From: an uncultured Mycoplasmatota bacterium
Lineage (GTDB): Bacteria; Bacillota_I; Bacilli_A; RF39; UBA660
Reading direction: 5' to 3'
DNA: 64,000 nucleotides
Assembly: GCA_900553855.1 (NCBI GenBank)
Contig: USFG01000003.1
Location: 12,630 to 76,629 of the forward strand
Under the pieces are notes generated by a model. That model saw nothing but the letters and a program-made list of their open reading frames with translations, was not told the DNA's origin and did no database searches. Made by a program: the position numbers and the translations under genes. Of the stretch, positions 28,185-37,767 are shown in pieces (position 1 is the first letter of the stretch; every line of letters starts with the position of its first letter).

Positions 28185-28655
28185 TTAATTAATTCTTATC
28201 TTATAGTTGTTAATACTATTTTCAATAAAAACAAATTTATTATCGTCTTTATCAATTACATATACTGCTCTTTTGCCATCCACTATTCCACTAGAATAGC
28301 TTTTAACTTCAGCACTTAAAAACTTAATTGTTTTAATACTTGTAATCATTTTTTCAAATTCACTGTAAGTGGAATATTTATTTCTTGTTTCATTATCCAA
28401 ATTATTATATACATCTTTGGGATTATATAATATATCAGATACCAAATTGGCTAAATATTTGGATGAAATTTCCGCAGATGATAAATATAATCTTTGAATT
28501 TCATTTACTTTATAATCATGGAAATATTCAGTAAAATCATTAAATGTATTGGTTTTGTTAGCATTTTTACTATAAATTAATCCAAAAATGATTGTTCCAA
28601 TTATTGATATAACACTTATTATAATTACTATTTTTTCATCACTTTTGCTTTTCAT
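28185..28655 (-). CDS. Bitopic membrane protein (possible VirB8-like/NTF2-like component)
   Basis: N-terminal TM helix plus a ~120-aa alpha/beta domain. Overlaps the upstream paralogue by 17 nt. The functional assignment rests on architecture only. Confidence 0.4.
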   Translation of the reverse strand: MKSKSDEKIVIIISVISIIGTIIFGLIYSKNANKTNTFNDFTEYFHDYKVNEIQRLYLSSAEISSKYLANLVSDILYNPKDVYNNLDNETRNKYSTYSEFEKMITSIKTIKFLSAEVKSYSSGIVDGKRAVYVIDKDDNKFVFIENSINNYKIRIN

Positions 28656-29157
28656 TTATTACCTCATTATATTTAGTCTTATCAATAGGTGTTATTGAAA
28701 ATAATTTAAAATCTTTATCAACTTTTATAAATAAATATTCATCTTCTAGTTTATTAACTTTATTTTTTAATTCTTCATATACAGTACCTTTTACGTAATA
28801 GATATTGTCATGCATATACATTCCATTTAGTCTAATACTTATGTTTTTACCAATATATTTATTATTTAAATTATCTATATTATTATTAATACTATTTAAA
28901 TACTCTTGATCTAATATTTTTTTTAAACTGTCTTTATCATTTAAGGATAGATAACTTAAATATTTATTTACACAATTTTCTATTGTAAAAAAATCACTAT
29001 AATCATTAACTGTTTCATAAACATATGGTTTGGTTGTTTCAGGAACAACTTTATTATTTTCTTTTTTATTAGTACTAACGATATAAATTAAAACCCCAAC
29101 TAAAATAACAAAAATTATCATTAATATTATATTATTTATATTACTTTTATTCTTCAT
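28639..29157 (-). CDS. Bitopic membrane protein (possible VirB8-like/NTF2-like component)
   Basis: N-terminal TM helix plus a ~130-aa domain (FFTIENCVNKYLSYLSLNDKDSLKKILDQEY...YYVKGTVYEE...FIKVDKDFKLFSITP). Same architecture as 28185..28655. Confidence 0.4.
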   Translation of the reverse strand: MKNKSNINNIILMIIFVILVGVLIYIVSTNKKENNKVVPETTKPYVYETVNDYSDFFTIENCVNKYLSYLSLNDKDSLKKILDQEYLNSINNNIDNLNNKYIGKNISIRLNGMYMHDNIYYVKGTVYEELKNKVNKLEDEYLFIKVDKDFKLFSITPIDKTKYNEVINEKQK

Positions 29158-29168
29158 ATTTTTCCTTT

Positions 29169-31214
29169 TTAACTATTGCATCCATTAGTAACGTAATTAT
29201 AGTAGGATCTAGCATTATTTACTCTTGTTGTATCACATTGGGTGTGTTCTGTAGGATTTTCAAAATTATGGCAAAAATTTGATGTGATACTATCAACAGA
29301 TTCACTACCAGACATGATAGCATTATATAAACCACTATAACCGCTTTTAAGTTCTATAAACAAATAACTTATTTGGTTACCAGGATCACCTATTGATACT
29401 CCATTTTGTTTTGCGGAGTTTAGTAATCCGGCTTTTCTAGTGGAAAATGTCCATTGACATAATCCATAACCCGCATCATCATTTGCAAAATTAGTATATG
29501 TTCCATTATCAACGGCGGCTGTATAACTTTCATCAGTATGGCCAAGTGGCCCTTCAAAAGTATTTTGTAAATTAATATAATTGAATGCACTTTCAGCATT
29601 TATATTTGACATAATTGCCGCAATACCATTATCAGATGCTCCATATTCTTTTAAAGTTAAACAAACTGTTTGAGTCTTTGTTCCACCATTAATAGTACCT
29701 ACAGTTGATGGTTGAGGTCTAGGATTTTGGCTCGAAATATATGTGTTAGGATTTACTCTTGCTCCTGATGATATTTTAATTTCAAAATGAAGAGCTTTTT
29801 CATTAGTATCACCAGTTGTACCCATAGTACCAAGAACTTCTCCCTGAGTTACACTTTGTCCATCAGTAACATATACTTGATCTAAATATGCATATGTTGA
29901 ACTCATTCCATCAGAATGACTTACAACTACCATATTTCCATAGCCTGAATTACATGTTTTATCTCCTGATTCACAATTATTAACTACTTTAGAAACTACT
30001 CCAGACTTAATGCTTATTATATTAACTAAATCTTCACTTGATCCAATATCTATTCCCTCATTAGAACCAGGACTATAATCCTTAATTATATAGGCAGATA
30101 CTGGATTACCTTTAGCAAATTTTTTACCATTTTCCTCAGTAATTTCAGTACTCCCAATTGGATAATAATATTTATTATCAACACTAGTAAAATAAGTTAA
30201 ACTTTCAGGATTACTTCTATAAAACAATTCTAGGTTGTATTTAATTGCATCTATTATTTCTTGTCTTTCTTCAACTATTTTATCATGATATTTGTTATAT
30301 AGTTCATCATCATTTTCCATTGCCGATTCTAAATCTTCTAAAGTTTTGTAGCCAGATTCATCTACAATATGGGAAAAACGATATTGTAAATGAGGTTTTT
30401 TATCAAAATATTCACTTGTTTTTAAAAATTCCCAATATGCATCTTCACTAACTGTTTTATTATTAGCAACTGTATATGTGCCACCGCGATTTAAACATTC
30501 TTGATGTTTTTCGCTTCGAGTTATTCCAAAAAAATTGGTTAATCCAGATTTAACTAATAATTTTTCACCAAATGAGGCCATAGTAACTGAATCGACTGCT
30601 TTACAAGTAAAAGTATCACCTTCTTTGTGAAGTTCTCCTTGAGGACACGTTGGTACTGATTGATTATTTTCATTAATTTCATAAACTGGAGCAGTTGCAA
30701 CACTACATGTTGCCTCATAACCAATCATCGCTTTAATTAAAATTTTAATTGCATTTGATTCGGATGTTAGGGATGTATATCCCTCTTCCTCTTCATTATC
30801 ATCTATAGATATTTCATCATTTTCATTTTCAAAATCAAATGAAATTTTATCGAACCATCTTTTATAAAAAGCATTATCATCTCTAAATGAATCAGCATTT
30901 AGGCCATAATAAATAGTTGCAATAATTATTTCATCTTTAATATATAAACCACTACGTTCATATTTAGCTAACATCTTATATAATTTAGTATAAAATTTCT
31001 TTTGGCTTTTAATAGTTTGTTCAACACATTTTTCACTATCTTCTTCTTTTTCACATGTTCCTGACCAATAATTTTTAAATTGTTCAGCGAAGTCTTCCCA
31101 ATTAAAACTAGCGTAGTTATATCCATCTGCTTTTACATTATTAAATATCAAAAAAAGTGATATACATAATATCATTTTTATTAAAAATGGAATACTTTTA
31201 TTTATCACTTTCAT
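29169..31214 (-). CDS. Secreted cell-wall hydrolase: unknown N-domain, degenerate M23/LytM domain, C-terminal lysozyme-like (phage-tail-lysozyme type) domain
   Basis: Has a signal peptide. The M23 core is GYGNMVVVSHSDGMSSTYAYL..GQSVTQGEVLGTMGTTG. NEGIDIG replaces HxxxD and KALHFE replaces HxH. The C-terminal domain has GIAAIMSNINAESAFN...GYGLCQWT. Confidence 0.8.
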   Translation of the reverse strand: MKVINKSIPFLIKMILCISLFLIFNNVKADGYNYASFNWEDFAEQFKNYWSGTCEKEEDSEKCVEQTIKSQKKFYTKLYKMLAKYERSGLYIKDEIIIATIYYGLNADSFRDDNAFYKRWFDKISFDFENENDEISIDDNEEEEGYTSLTSESNAIKILIKAMIGYEATCSVATAPVYEINENNQSVPTCPQGELHKEGDTFTCKAVDSVTMASFGEKLLVKSGLTNFFGITRSEKHQECLNRGGTYTVANNKTVSEDAYWEFLKTSEYFDKKPHLQYRFSHIVDESGYKTLEDLESAMENDDELYNKYHDKIVEERQEIIDAIKYNLELFYRSNPESLTYFTSVDNKYYYPIGSTEITEENGKKFAKGNPVSAYIIKDYSPGSNEGIDIGSSEDLVNIISIKSGVVSKVVNNCESGDKTCNSGYGNMVVVSHSDGMSSTYAYLDQVYVTDGQSVTQGEVLGTMGTTGDTNEKALHFEIKISSGARVNPNTYISSQNPRPQPSTVGTINGGTKTQTVCLTLKEYGASDNGIAAIMSNINAESAFNYINLQNTFEGPLGHTDESYTAAVDNGTYTNFANDDAGYGLCQWTFSTRKAGLLNSAKQNGVSIGDPGNQISYLFIELKSGYSGLYNAIMSGSESVDSITSNFCHNFENPTEHTQCDTTRVNNARSYYNYVTNGCNS

Positions 31215-31233
31215 AGTTTACACCTTCTTTATT

Positions 31234-33027
31234 TTATAGTCCGCCACCTGAACCAAATGAATCTAGTTCTTCTTGTGTTAAGATTACATTAATTCTCATA
31301 CGACGGTTTCCACATACAAATAATGCTTCACCTTGACTATATGTTTTAATACTTTCTTTTTCGTTATCATTTAAGTCGATTAATCTTGCTAAATCTTCAA
31401 CTGCTTGTTTACGTAATCCCATAACCAAATAATAAGATGCATTATCAAATATAGCTTTACCATGAACAAATACTTTTTCAGCTGCAAAGTCGGTAGGTTG
31501 TTGAGTAATAATTATTGTTCCAGTATTATATTTACGACTTCTTCTTTGAACTTGGGCTAAGAATTCAGCACCTAATTCATTTCCAGCACTTAATAAGATA
31601 TGAGCTTCATCAACGTACATAACTGTGTTATTAGATTTATCTAAACATAAACTCCAAGCATATTTTAATATGTTAAAGAATAAAGCATTTCTAATATTTG
31701 CATCACTATTCATTAATTCTTTAATATTAAATACGATAAAATTACTATCGGCTTTTAAAGATGTATGACCATTAAAGTAATATCTTAATTCTCCAATAAA
31801 TGGTCTAACTCTAAGTTCTAGACGTTCCATAACATCTTTTTCTCTTGTTGCTTCTGGCATTGATAATAATTTACCTTTAATAGTTGAATAAACATCATCA
31901 AATGTTGGATATTCATCTGAACTTAAACTACTAAAATCTGAGTTAAAATCAATATTAAATCTTTTATATGTTTCTTGACATACCTCACTAAACATTTGTA
32001 ATACGTCATCTTCAATGGTTGGATAATAGTATTTCATAAATGCTTTTAATGATTGAAGAGTTCTAGTTAAAACTGAGTAACCAGCACCTTCCTTAATTTC
32101 ATCTTCATCAGCATCCATAATTACTTCTAAAGGGTTAATTAAACCAAAAGCTCCACCTTTACCTAAATCAATAAAGTCACCATTAAAGATTTTGGCCATT
32201 TCTTCAAGTTCGCCTTCAGGGTCAATAGCGATTATTTTACAATTATTTCTAATATGAGTTCTTAGTAAAAGTTTAGCAGTTGTTGATTTACCACTACCTG
32301 ATGTTCCTAAGATAATAACATTGGCATTATTTCGGTTATATTCTTTTTTCATTTGATATAAGAATTGGTTAAATAATACAACACCGCCTGAAAAATCAAC
32401 TCCTAATAATGTACTTGATCCAGGATCTTTGATGCTATCGAATACGAATGGGTACATAGCAGCAATTGTTGGAGCAGGAATTGGAATACCTACTCTATCT
32501 TCGATATCTTGTTTAGGGAATATTGGAAGCATTGATTTTAAAACTTTTTCTTGTTCGAACATCATAGGAATTCCACGCATTCCCATGCTATCTAAATAAT
32601 TTCTAACTTGCATTTTTTTATTTTCAAGTTCTTCTTTACTGTCAGCAGTTATCATAACATGCATTTGAAAATCCCATATTTTTGATTGAGTTGCTGCTAA
32701 CATTTGAACAAATGCCTCTAACGATTCATAGTCTTGTCTAAATCTCTCTTGAAGTGTTCTATCATGTTCTTTTTGATATCTTTCTTTTAAATCAACAATT
32801 TCTTTATTAAGCATTTTTTGCATTGATGAAAAAGGAATAGGAATATGCTTAACAACAACTTTAATACCAGGAATATTTGTGACATTTGATAAGAATCCTG
32901 GTTGAATTGTTTTAGGATAACTTATGATTGTCAAAATAGTTGCATATTTATCACTAATCATAAAATCATTAACATTAAATTTCATTCCTTTTGGAGCTAT
33001 TTCACTTTTTAAATTAGCACTACTCAT
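31234..33027 (-). CDS. virB4: VirB4-like conjugation ATPase, C-terminal (ATPase) portion
   Basis: Walker A ILGTSGSGKST, Walker B VMYVDEAH, and IIITQQPTDF. 597 aa, i.e. lacking the usual ~190-aa N-terminal domain, which is encoded by the upstream ORF. Confidence 0.88.
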   Translation of the reverse strand: MSSANLKSEIAPKGMKFNVNDFMISDKYATILTIISYPKTIQPGFLSNVTNIPGIKVVVKHIPIPFSSMQKMLNKEIVDLKERYQKEHDRTLQERFRQDYESLEAFVQMLAATQSKIWDFQMHVMITADSKEELENKKMQVRNYLDSMGMRGIPMMFEQEKVLKSMLPIFPKQDIEDRVGIPIPAPTIAAMYPFVFDSIKDPGSSTLLGVDFSGGVVLFNQFLYQMKKEYNRNNANVIILGTSGSGKSTTAKLLLRTHIRNNCKIIAIDPEGELEEMAKIFNGDFIDLGKGGAFGLINPLEVIMDADEDEIKEGAGYSVLTRTLQSLKAFMKYYYPTIEDDVLQMFSEVCQETYKRFNIDFNSDFSSLSSDEYPTFDDVYSTIKGKLLSMPEATREKDVMERLELRVRPFIGELRYYFNGHTSLKADSNFIVFNIKELMNSDANIRNALFFNILKYAWSLCLDKSNNTVMYVDEAHILLSAGNELGAEFLAQVQRRSRKYNTGTIIITQQPTDFAAEKVFVHGKAIFDNASYYLVMGLRKQAVEDLARLIDLNDNEKESIKTYSQGEALFVCGNRRMRINVILTQEELDSFGSGGGL

Positions 33028-33574
33028 AAGTTACCACCGTCCCAAATTCATTTTTCTGTCCACCATTTAAGAAGTTTTGCAATAAGAATTTTAAATCTTC
33101 ATCGCTTGCTTTACTTGATATTAATCCAATACTTGCTAATTGTGTTATTAATTGTTGAACACGTTTATTAACTACATCTAAATTTTTATCTCTAAATAAT
33201 ATGTAATATTCTGTATCAACTACATTGTATTCATTACCTGAAAATAATTCGGCCTTTTGAATATCTTCAGAAATTAATTTTCTTACAGCTTGTGACTGGG
33301 CATTATCAAAATCAAGTTGTAATTGAGATAAATACATTTTTATATCTACCGGTCTATCGGCAACAATTAACCAAAATTCATAATCAATTGTGTTATAAAA
33401 ATTTCTAAAGTTAAATATAATATTATTTTGAGTTTGATAATCTAAAATAAAGATATTTTTAGGCTCAACTTTGATTCCAGTAACCATCCAATTATTATCT
33501 AGAATTATCATTCCATTTTCTATTTTTTTTACTGGTAACCAATCTTCTGTAAATTTATTTTGTGTCTTCGCCAT
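33020..33574 (-). CDS. VirB4-like ATPase, separately encoded N-terminal domain
   Basis: FTEDWLPVKKIENGMIILDNNWMVTGIKVEPKNIFILDYQTQNNIIFNFRNFYNTIDYEFWLIV follows the N-terminal pattern of Gram-positive VirB4/TraE ATPases. Has an 8-nt overlap (ATGAGTAG) with the ATPase ORF. Confidence 0.65.
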   Translation of the reverse strand: MAKTQNKFTEDWLPVKKIENGMIILDNNWMVTGIKVEPKNIFILDYQTQNNIIFNFRNFYNTIDYEFWLIVADRPVDIKMYLSQLQLDFDNAQSQAVRKLISEDIQKAELFSGNEYNVVDTEYYILFRDKNLDVVNKRVQQLITQLASIGLISSKASDEDLKFLLQNFLNGGQKNEFGTVVTYE

Positions 33575-33875
33575 TTCGAATACACCAACCTTTCCAACGA
33601 TATTCTTTTTGACCTGTAAAATAATTATAAATATTTTTTATAAATGTTCTAACATTGTGTTGGTTTGGAAGTGGTATTACTAGGAATGCACAAAATAACA
33701 TTGGCATTATTATTGATACAATTCCTAGTAATGTACTTGTACTAACCGCAAATAATAATATAAGTGTTATTGTAAAACCAGTTCCAACTATTATTAAATC
33801 GGTGCTATTAAACATTCCTAATATTAACATTGATCTTTTTGAGTTAGCCGGAATTAAATAATCATTATTTCCCAT
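33555..33875 (-). CDS. Small two-TM protein in the VirB3/PrgI/TcpE position
   Basis: 106 aa with two adjacent TM helices. Lies immediately upstream of, and overlapping, the VirB4 N-domain gene. Confidence 0.5.
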   Translation of the reverse strand: MGNNDYLIPANSKRSMLILGMFNSTDLIIVGTGFTITLILLFAVSTSTLLGIVSIIMPMLFCAFLVIPLPNQHNVRTFIKNIYNYFTGQKEYRWKGWCIRNGEDTK

Positions 33876-33886
33876 TTCTATTCCTC

Positions 33887-36832
33887 CTATTTTTTATCTT
33901 TATCTAAGACAGCCTTTTTAATTTTATCCCAGGCAAGATCTTCTGCTGATTTGGTTTTAACTCCATCATTACTAATTTTTTCGTTTTGTGCATATTCTGC
34001 ATTATAAACTTTATCAAGTTTTCCGTCCTTGTCATTAGTATGTATTCCCGTGATACGACCTTCTTCATGTTTTAATACACCTTTGGCAATTATGTTGGCT
34101 GCGGCTTCATTAGCTTCGATCATAACTTTGCGTTCAACATTATCATAATTATCACGATACAATTGTTCTTCTACACCAGCCCTTAATTGTTGATCATAAA
34201 CAAATTGTCTAGCACCTTCTGTTTGTTGTTCTTGAATTAAAACAGTTCTAGTAATTTCGTCTTTGTTGCAAGCATTGGCTACTTGTTTTTGAACTAAATT
34301 ATCACGTACTTTAGCTATACTTTCATTTAATTTATCGAATACTTCGCCAGCAATTTGTTGACGTTTATCTGCTTTAGCATCAGCAACAGCCTGATCAGCT
34401 TTAGCTTTTAATTCTTGAGGAGATAAATTTCTAATAATTCCTCCTTCATCAACTGTAGATTTACTATATATTTCATTTCTAATTTTAGTTTCATCAGCTT
34501 GGGTAAATTCTGCACTTAGTCTTGATTCAACTTCACTAGTAGCACTAGCTTTCATAGTTTGTTCTGTTGCAGCAAATGTTGCCTGGTTAGTTGCATCTAA
34601 TGCAATTTTTTCTGATCCACCTGCTTTAGCAATTGTTTCAGTAACTTGCGTTTTAATTGCTGAGTTTACATTTGCTTGTTGATCAGCGGTTAATGTAATA
34701 TTTCCTACTCCACCAGCAGCAGTAATTTGTGCATCTACATTTGCAACAGCAGTTGCATTAATTTTTCCCATTGAACTACTATCTATATTTAATTTTGAAA
34801 TATCACCTTTAACGGAAGCCATAATTCCATCAGCTTGTACTTTAGCATTTCCTTCTAATTGTAATCTAACACTTTGATCGCTAATTGCTGCTTGTAATCC
34901 CTTACTATCTATTTCAGCCTTTACAAGTGCTTTTGTTTTAGTATCTGCTTCAACTTTAACTTTGGCTATTGCATCTTTGTTTCCAGCTAAAATTGAAGAT
35001 TGATAATCTGCTATTACACTTTCTCTAGATAGGTATGAGTCAATTAAACGTTTTTCATTTGCATTAGTAGTTGTTGCAGATATTTGGCTAAGCTTTTCAT
35101 TAATTTTAGCTTTTCTTTCTTCGGGAGAAAGTGTGATTCCTTTAGTTGCTGCTTCTCTATCTACTTCTGCAGCAACATCTTTATATGTTTGAGAATTTGC
35201 TGCAAATTCAGCATTTTTAGCCATATAGTCTCCTGCCTTCATACGTGCTGATGCAACATCATTTTCTCTAGGTATTTCATGTCCAATAGCTTTATCTCTT
35301 ATTGCAGCATTTTGTTCTTTGGCATGTTGCTTTACATTATCTTCATAGGCTTTACCATATTTTTCATTTACCTGTGTTCCAAACGATTTACCACCAAAGA
35401 ATCCCTGTTTTTTACCATAACCGTATGTGTTTGTATATACACTTTCACCTTGACTTTTAAATTGTTTAAGTCCTCCACCACCGGCATACCCTTTAGCAGC
35501 TCCTTGTTTTGCTGCTGCACCGGCAGACATATGAGTCATTCCTTTGGCTGATTTTAATCCAAGTTTGTTGCCAACTTTCATTGCAGCATTGTTTCTAAGA
35601 GCACTCCATGCTCCACCAGCAGCACCAGCAGCAGCACCTATTCCTTGATTAGCTTTGTCTAATCCTTTTCCTATTATTCCACCGACGCCAGGTGCTTCTC
35701 TAACTCCTGATAATTTCTTAGCAATTGATTTAGGTGAAAATCCTCCACCTTCACCAAATGTGGTTCCTAATAGATTTTCTAATAATTTTGGTGCGTCTTT
35801 AGCAAACAATAAAACTCCAATTATTAAAACAACGTTTGCAAGTAATTTAACAAAACCAGTTACTCCTTCACTATTTCCGAATACACCACCGGTATTATTT
35901 CCTACTGAAGTTGCCAAGATATTAATAAGAAACATTGCAAAATAAATTGTAATTAAACGCATGAATAAACTCAAATAAGTCTTAATTAAATTGTCAAGCC
36001 ACTTTGAAAATACTCCACCACTTGGTTTAACTATATAAGCCATAATTGGAATAGGGGCAATTATCTGTAAAAAGGCCATCTTTGCAACTCTTATACCTAT
36101 ATCAAACACATAAGATACAAACATAAGAAGTGCAACTACACCACTAATACTCGAAATAATATAAAGATAATTTATATGAGGGGTATCTTTTTTTAATGAA
36201 TCAAAGAGGGTAGAATTTTTTGCTAAGTCGCTTATCGTTCCCGTTTGGGCATTTGTTACTCCGGTTTTATATGCTTCACATACATCTAACGAGCTGTCTT
36301 TCCAGCAATCAACGTAATCTCCGTTATCATTAATTGGGTAAAAAAATGCGGTGAATATTTGAACTGCGACTTTCGAACCCATACTGTCCTCTCTAAGTTC
36401 TGAAGAGCCATTTCCTGTACCCAATATTATATTTTCAATTACTTGATCATCAATAATATGATTTTGAATTTTAGTCATATATGTAAATACCATACTGTAT
36501 GCTGTAAGCATAACAATTGCGATAACTGCATTTTTTAATATTCCCTGCATTGATTTATCGCCGCCCGCACTTATCTTATCGGGATTCATGATATTTAAAA
36601 TAATATTATAAGCAAGAATAAATAGCATTCCTATTCCAAGTATAACAGAAATACGATTAACCATTGTTGTTATGTTAGCATTTTCACTGTTATATAAACT
36701 TGCTTTAGCAATTATTTTAAATAATTGATATGAAAATGCAATTAAGGAGTATATTAAATTATCTATAAAGATCCATAGTGAATACCAAGCACTAATAAAA
36801 GCATCACCAATTGTTTTTGTCCAGCCAAACAT
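33887..36832 (-). CDS. Extended VirB6/TrbL-like polytopic membrane protein with ~630-aa Ala/Gln/Lys-rich C-terminal region
   Basis: The N-terminal ~350 aa carry 6-7 TM helices, followed by a Gly-rich hinge (GGGFSP..GVGGIIGKG..AAGAAGGAW). The long helical, low-complexity tail differs in composition from the Asn/Ile/Lys-rich proteome. Confidence 0.65.
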   Translation of the reverse strand: MFGWTKTIGDAFISAWYSLWIFIDNLIYSLIAFSYQLFKIIAKASLYNSENANITTMVNRISVILGIGMLFILAYNIILNIMNPDKISAGGDKSMQGILKNAVIAIVMLTAYSMVFTYMTKIQNHIIDDQVIENIILGTGNGSSELREDSMGSKVAVQIFTAFFYPINDNGDYVDCWKDSSLDVCEAYKTGVTNAQTGTISDLAKNSTLFDSLKKDTPHINYLYIISSISGVVALLMFVSYVFDIGIRVAKMAFLQIIAPIPIMAYIVKPSGGVFSKWLDNLIKTYLSLFMRLITIYFAMFLINILATSVGNNTGGVFGNSEGVTGFVKLLANVVLIIGVLLFAKDAPKLLENLLGTTFGEGGGFSPKSIAKKLSGVREAPGVGGIIGKGLDKANQGIGAAAGAAGGAWSALRNNAAMKVGNKLGLKSAKGMTHMSAGAAAKQGAAKGYAGGGGLKQFKSQGESVYTNTYGYGKKQGFFGGKSFGTQVNEKYGKAYEDNVKQHAKEQNAAIRDKAIGHEIPRENDVASARMKAGDYMAKNAEFAANSQTYKDVAAEVDREAATKGITLSPEERKAKINEKLSQISATTTNANEKRLIDSYLSRESVIADYQSSILAGNKDAIAKVKVEADTKTKALVKAEIDSKGLQAAISDQSVRLQLEGNAKVQADGIMASVKGDISKLNIDSSSMGKINATAVANVDAQITAAGGVGNITLTADQQANVNSAIKTQVTETIAKAGGSEKIALDATNQATFAATEQTMKASATSEVESRLSAEFTQADETKIRNEIYSKSTVDEGGIIRNLSPQELKAKADQAVADAKADKRQQIAGEVFDKLNESIAKVRDNLVQKQVANACNKDEITRTVLIQEQQTEGARQFVYDQQLRAGVEEQLYRDNYDNVERKVMIEANEAAANIIAKGVLKHEEGRITGIHTNDKDGKLDKVYNAEYAQNEKISNDGVKTKSAEDLAWDKIKKAVLDKDKK

Positions 36833-36844
36833 GTAATATCACTC

Positions 36845-37261
36845 CTATCTTACACAAGTGTTTCCCTGACCCAGTGTTAATTCTAATAAAAAATTTAATA
36901 CTGAAGGTAGCAAATATAAAAGTACCACCAGTGCTAATCTAGTTGTAAACTTTTTGGCAGATTTTTGCAATCCTTCAGCCTGCTTGCTTGTTATTGATAC
37001 AACAAAATCATAACTAGATAGTGCTAAAGTTAACAAAGGGGCAACTATTTTAAATACATTAAATATTGATTGCAAATCTTGACCAAATGAACCTAGTGTA
37101 CTGCAATCTGTATTAGAGTTTTCATTAGCTAGAAGATTTATACCATAAGTATCATTATAATCTAATTTAGATTCAATGCTATCAGCATTTACACTTATAA
37201 AACAAAATAAACATGAAATTATAATAGATATATATATAATTTTATTTTTCATAATTACCAC
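36845..37261 (-). CDS. VirB2/TrbC-like pilin-type membrane protein, paralogue 1
   Basis: Signal peptide, N-proximal Cys (TDCSTLGSFG), two TM helices flanking a polar loop (SITSKQAEGLQKSAKK), and a C-terminal NTCVR. Confidence 0.5.
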   Translation of the reverse strand: MVIMKNKIIYISIIISCLFCFISVNADSIESKLDYNDTYGINLLANENSNTDCSTLGSFGQDLQSIFNVFKIVAPLLTLALSSYDFVVSITSKQAEGLQKSAKKFTTRLALVVLLYLLPSVLNFLLELTLGQGNTCVR

Positions 37262-37298
37262 CTATCATTGCACAATTATACACATAACATTATATCAT

Positions 37299-37327
37299 AC
37301 AAAAAAACAACAGTAAAGTTGTTTTTT
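37299..37327 (-). terminator. Rho-independent terminator after pilin-like paralogue 2
   Basis: Stem AAACAAC/GTTGTTT (37305-37311 / 37318-37324) flanked by A/T runs on both sides. Confidence 0.5.
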
Positions 37328-37339
37328 ATTATTTTATTA

Positions 37340-37693
37340 TTAATCTATTTGTTGTTGTGCTTCTGTACACTTGTATGGAGTTAAGATACATTTTTTACAT
37401 GTATTAAAACCTAGTTCATCAGATGCATCAGTAAATCCATTAACAAGTCCAAATATCCATAAAATAATAGATGGAGATAAGAATATTAAAATTCCAGCTG
37501 CTATTCTTATTCCTAATGATTTAGTATTCTTTTTAATATCATCATCTTTTCCAGATGTTACAGCTTTTCCTAAATCTATTGCTCCTAGTGCAACTATAAT
37601 AACAGGAATAGCAACTTTAAAAATTAATAACACATATCCTAATACTTGTACTACTGCACTCATTTTTGTACAAAAACTTCCTAATCCGCTCAT
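37340..37693 (-). CDS. VirB2/TrbC-like pilin-type membrane protein, paralogue 2 (no signal peptide)
   Basis: Strong AAGGAGAGAG SD. The product starts directly at MSGLGSFCTK, followed by TM1, the loop GAIDLGKAVTSGKDDDIKKN, TM2, and a C-terminal NTCKKCILTPYKC. Confidence 0.55.
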   Translation of the reverse strand: MSGLGSFCTKMSAVVQVLGYVLLIFKVAIPVIIVALGAIDLGKAVTSGKDDDIKKNTKSLGIRIAAGILIFLSPSIILWIFGLVNGFTDASDELGFNTCKKCILTPYKCTEAQQQID

Positions 37694-37767
37694 TTTCTCT
37701 CTCCTTTACATCTAATAAAATTATAAACTATTTATATAATTACGTCAAATATTTTACAATAATATTT

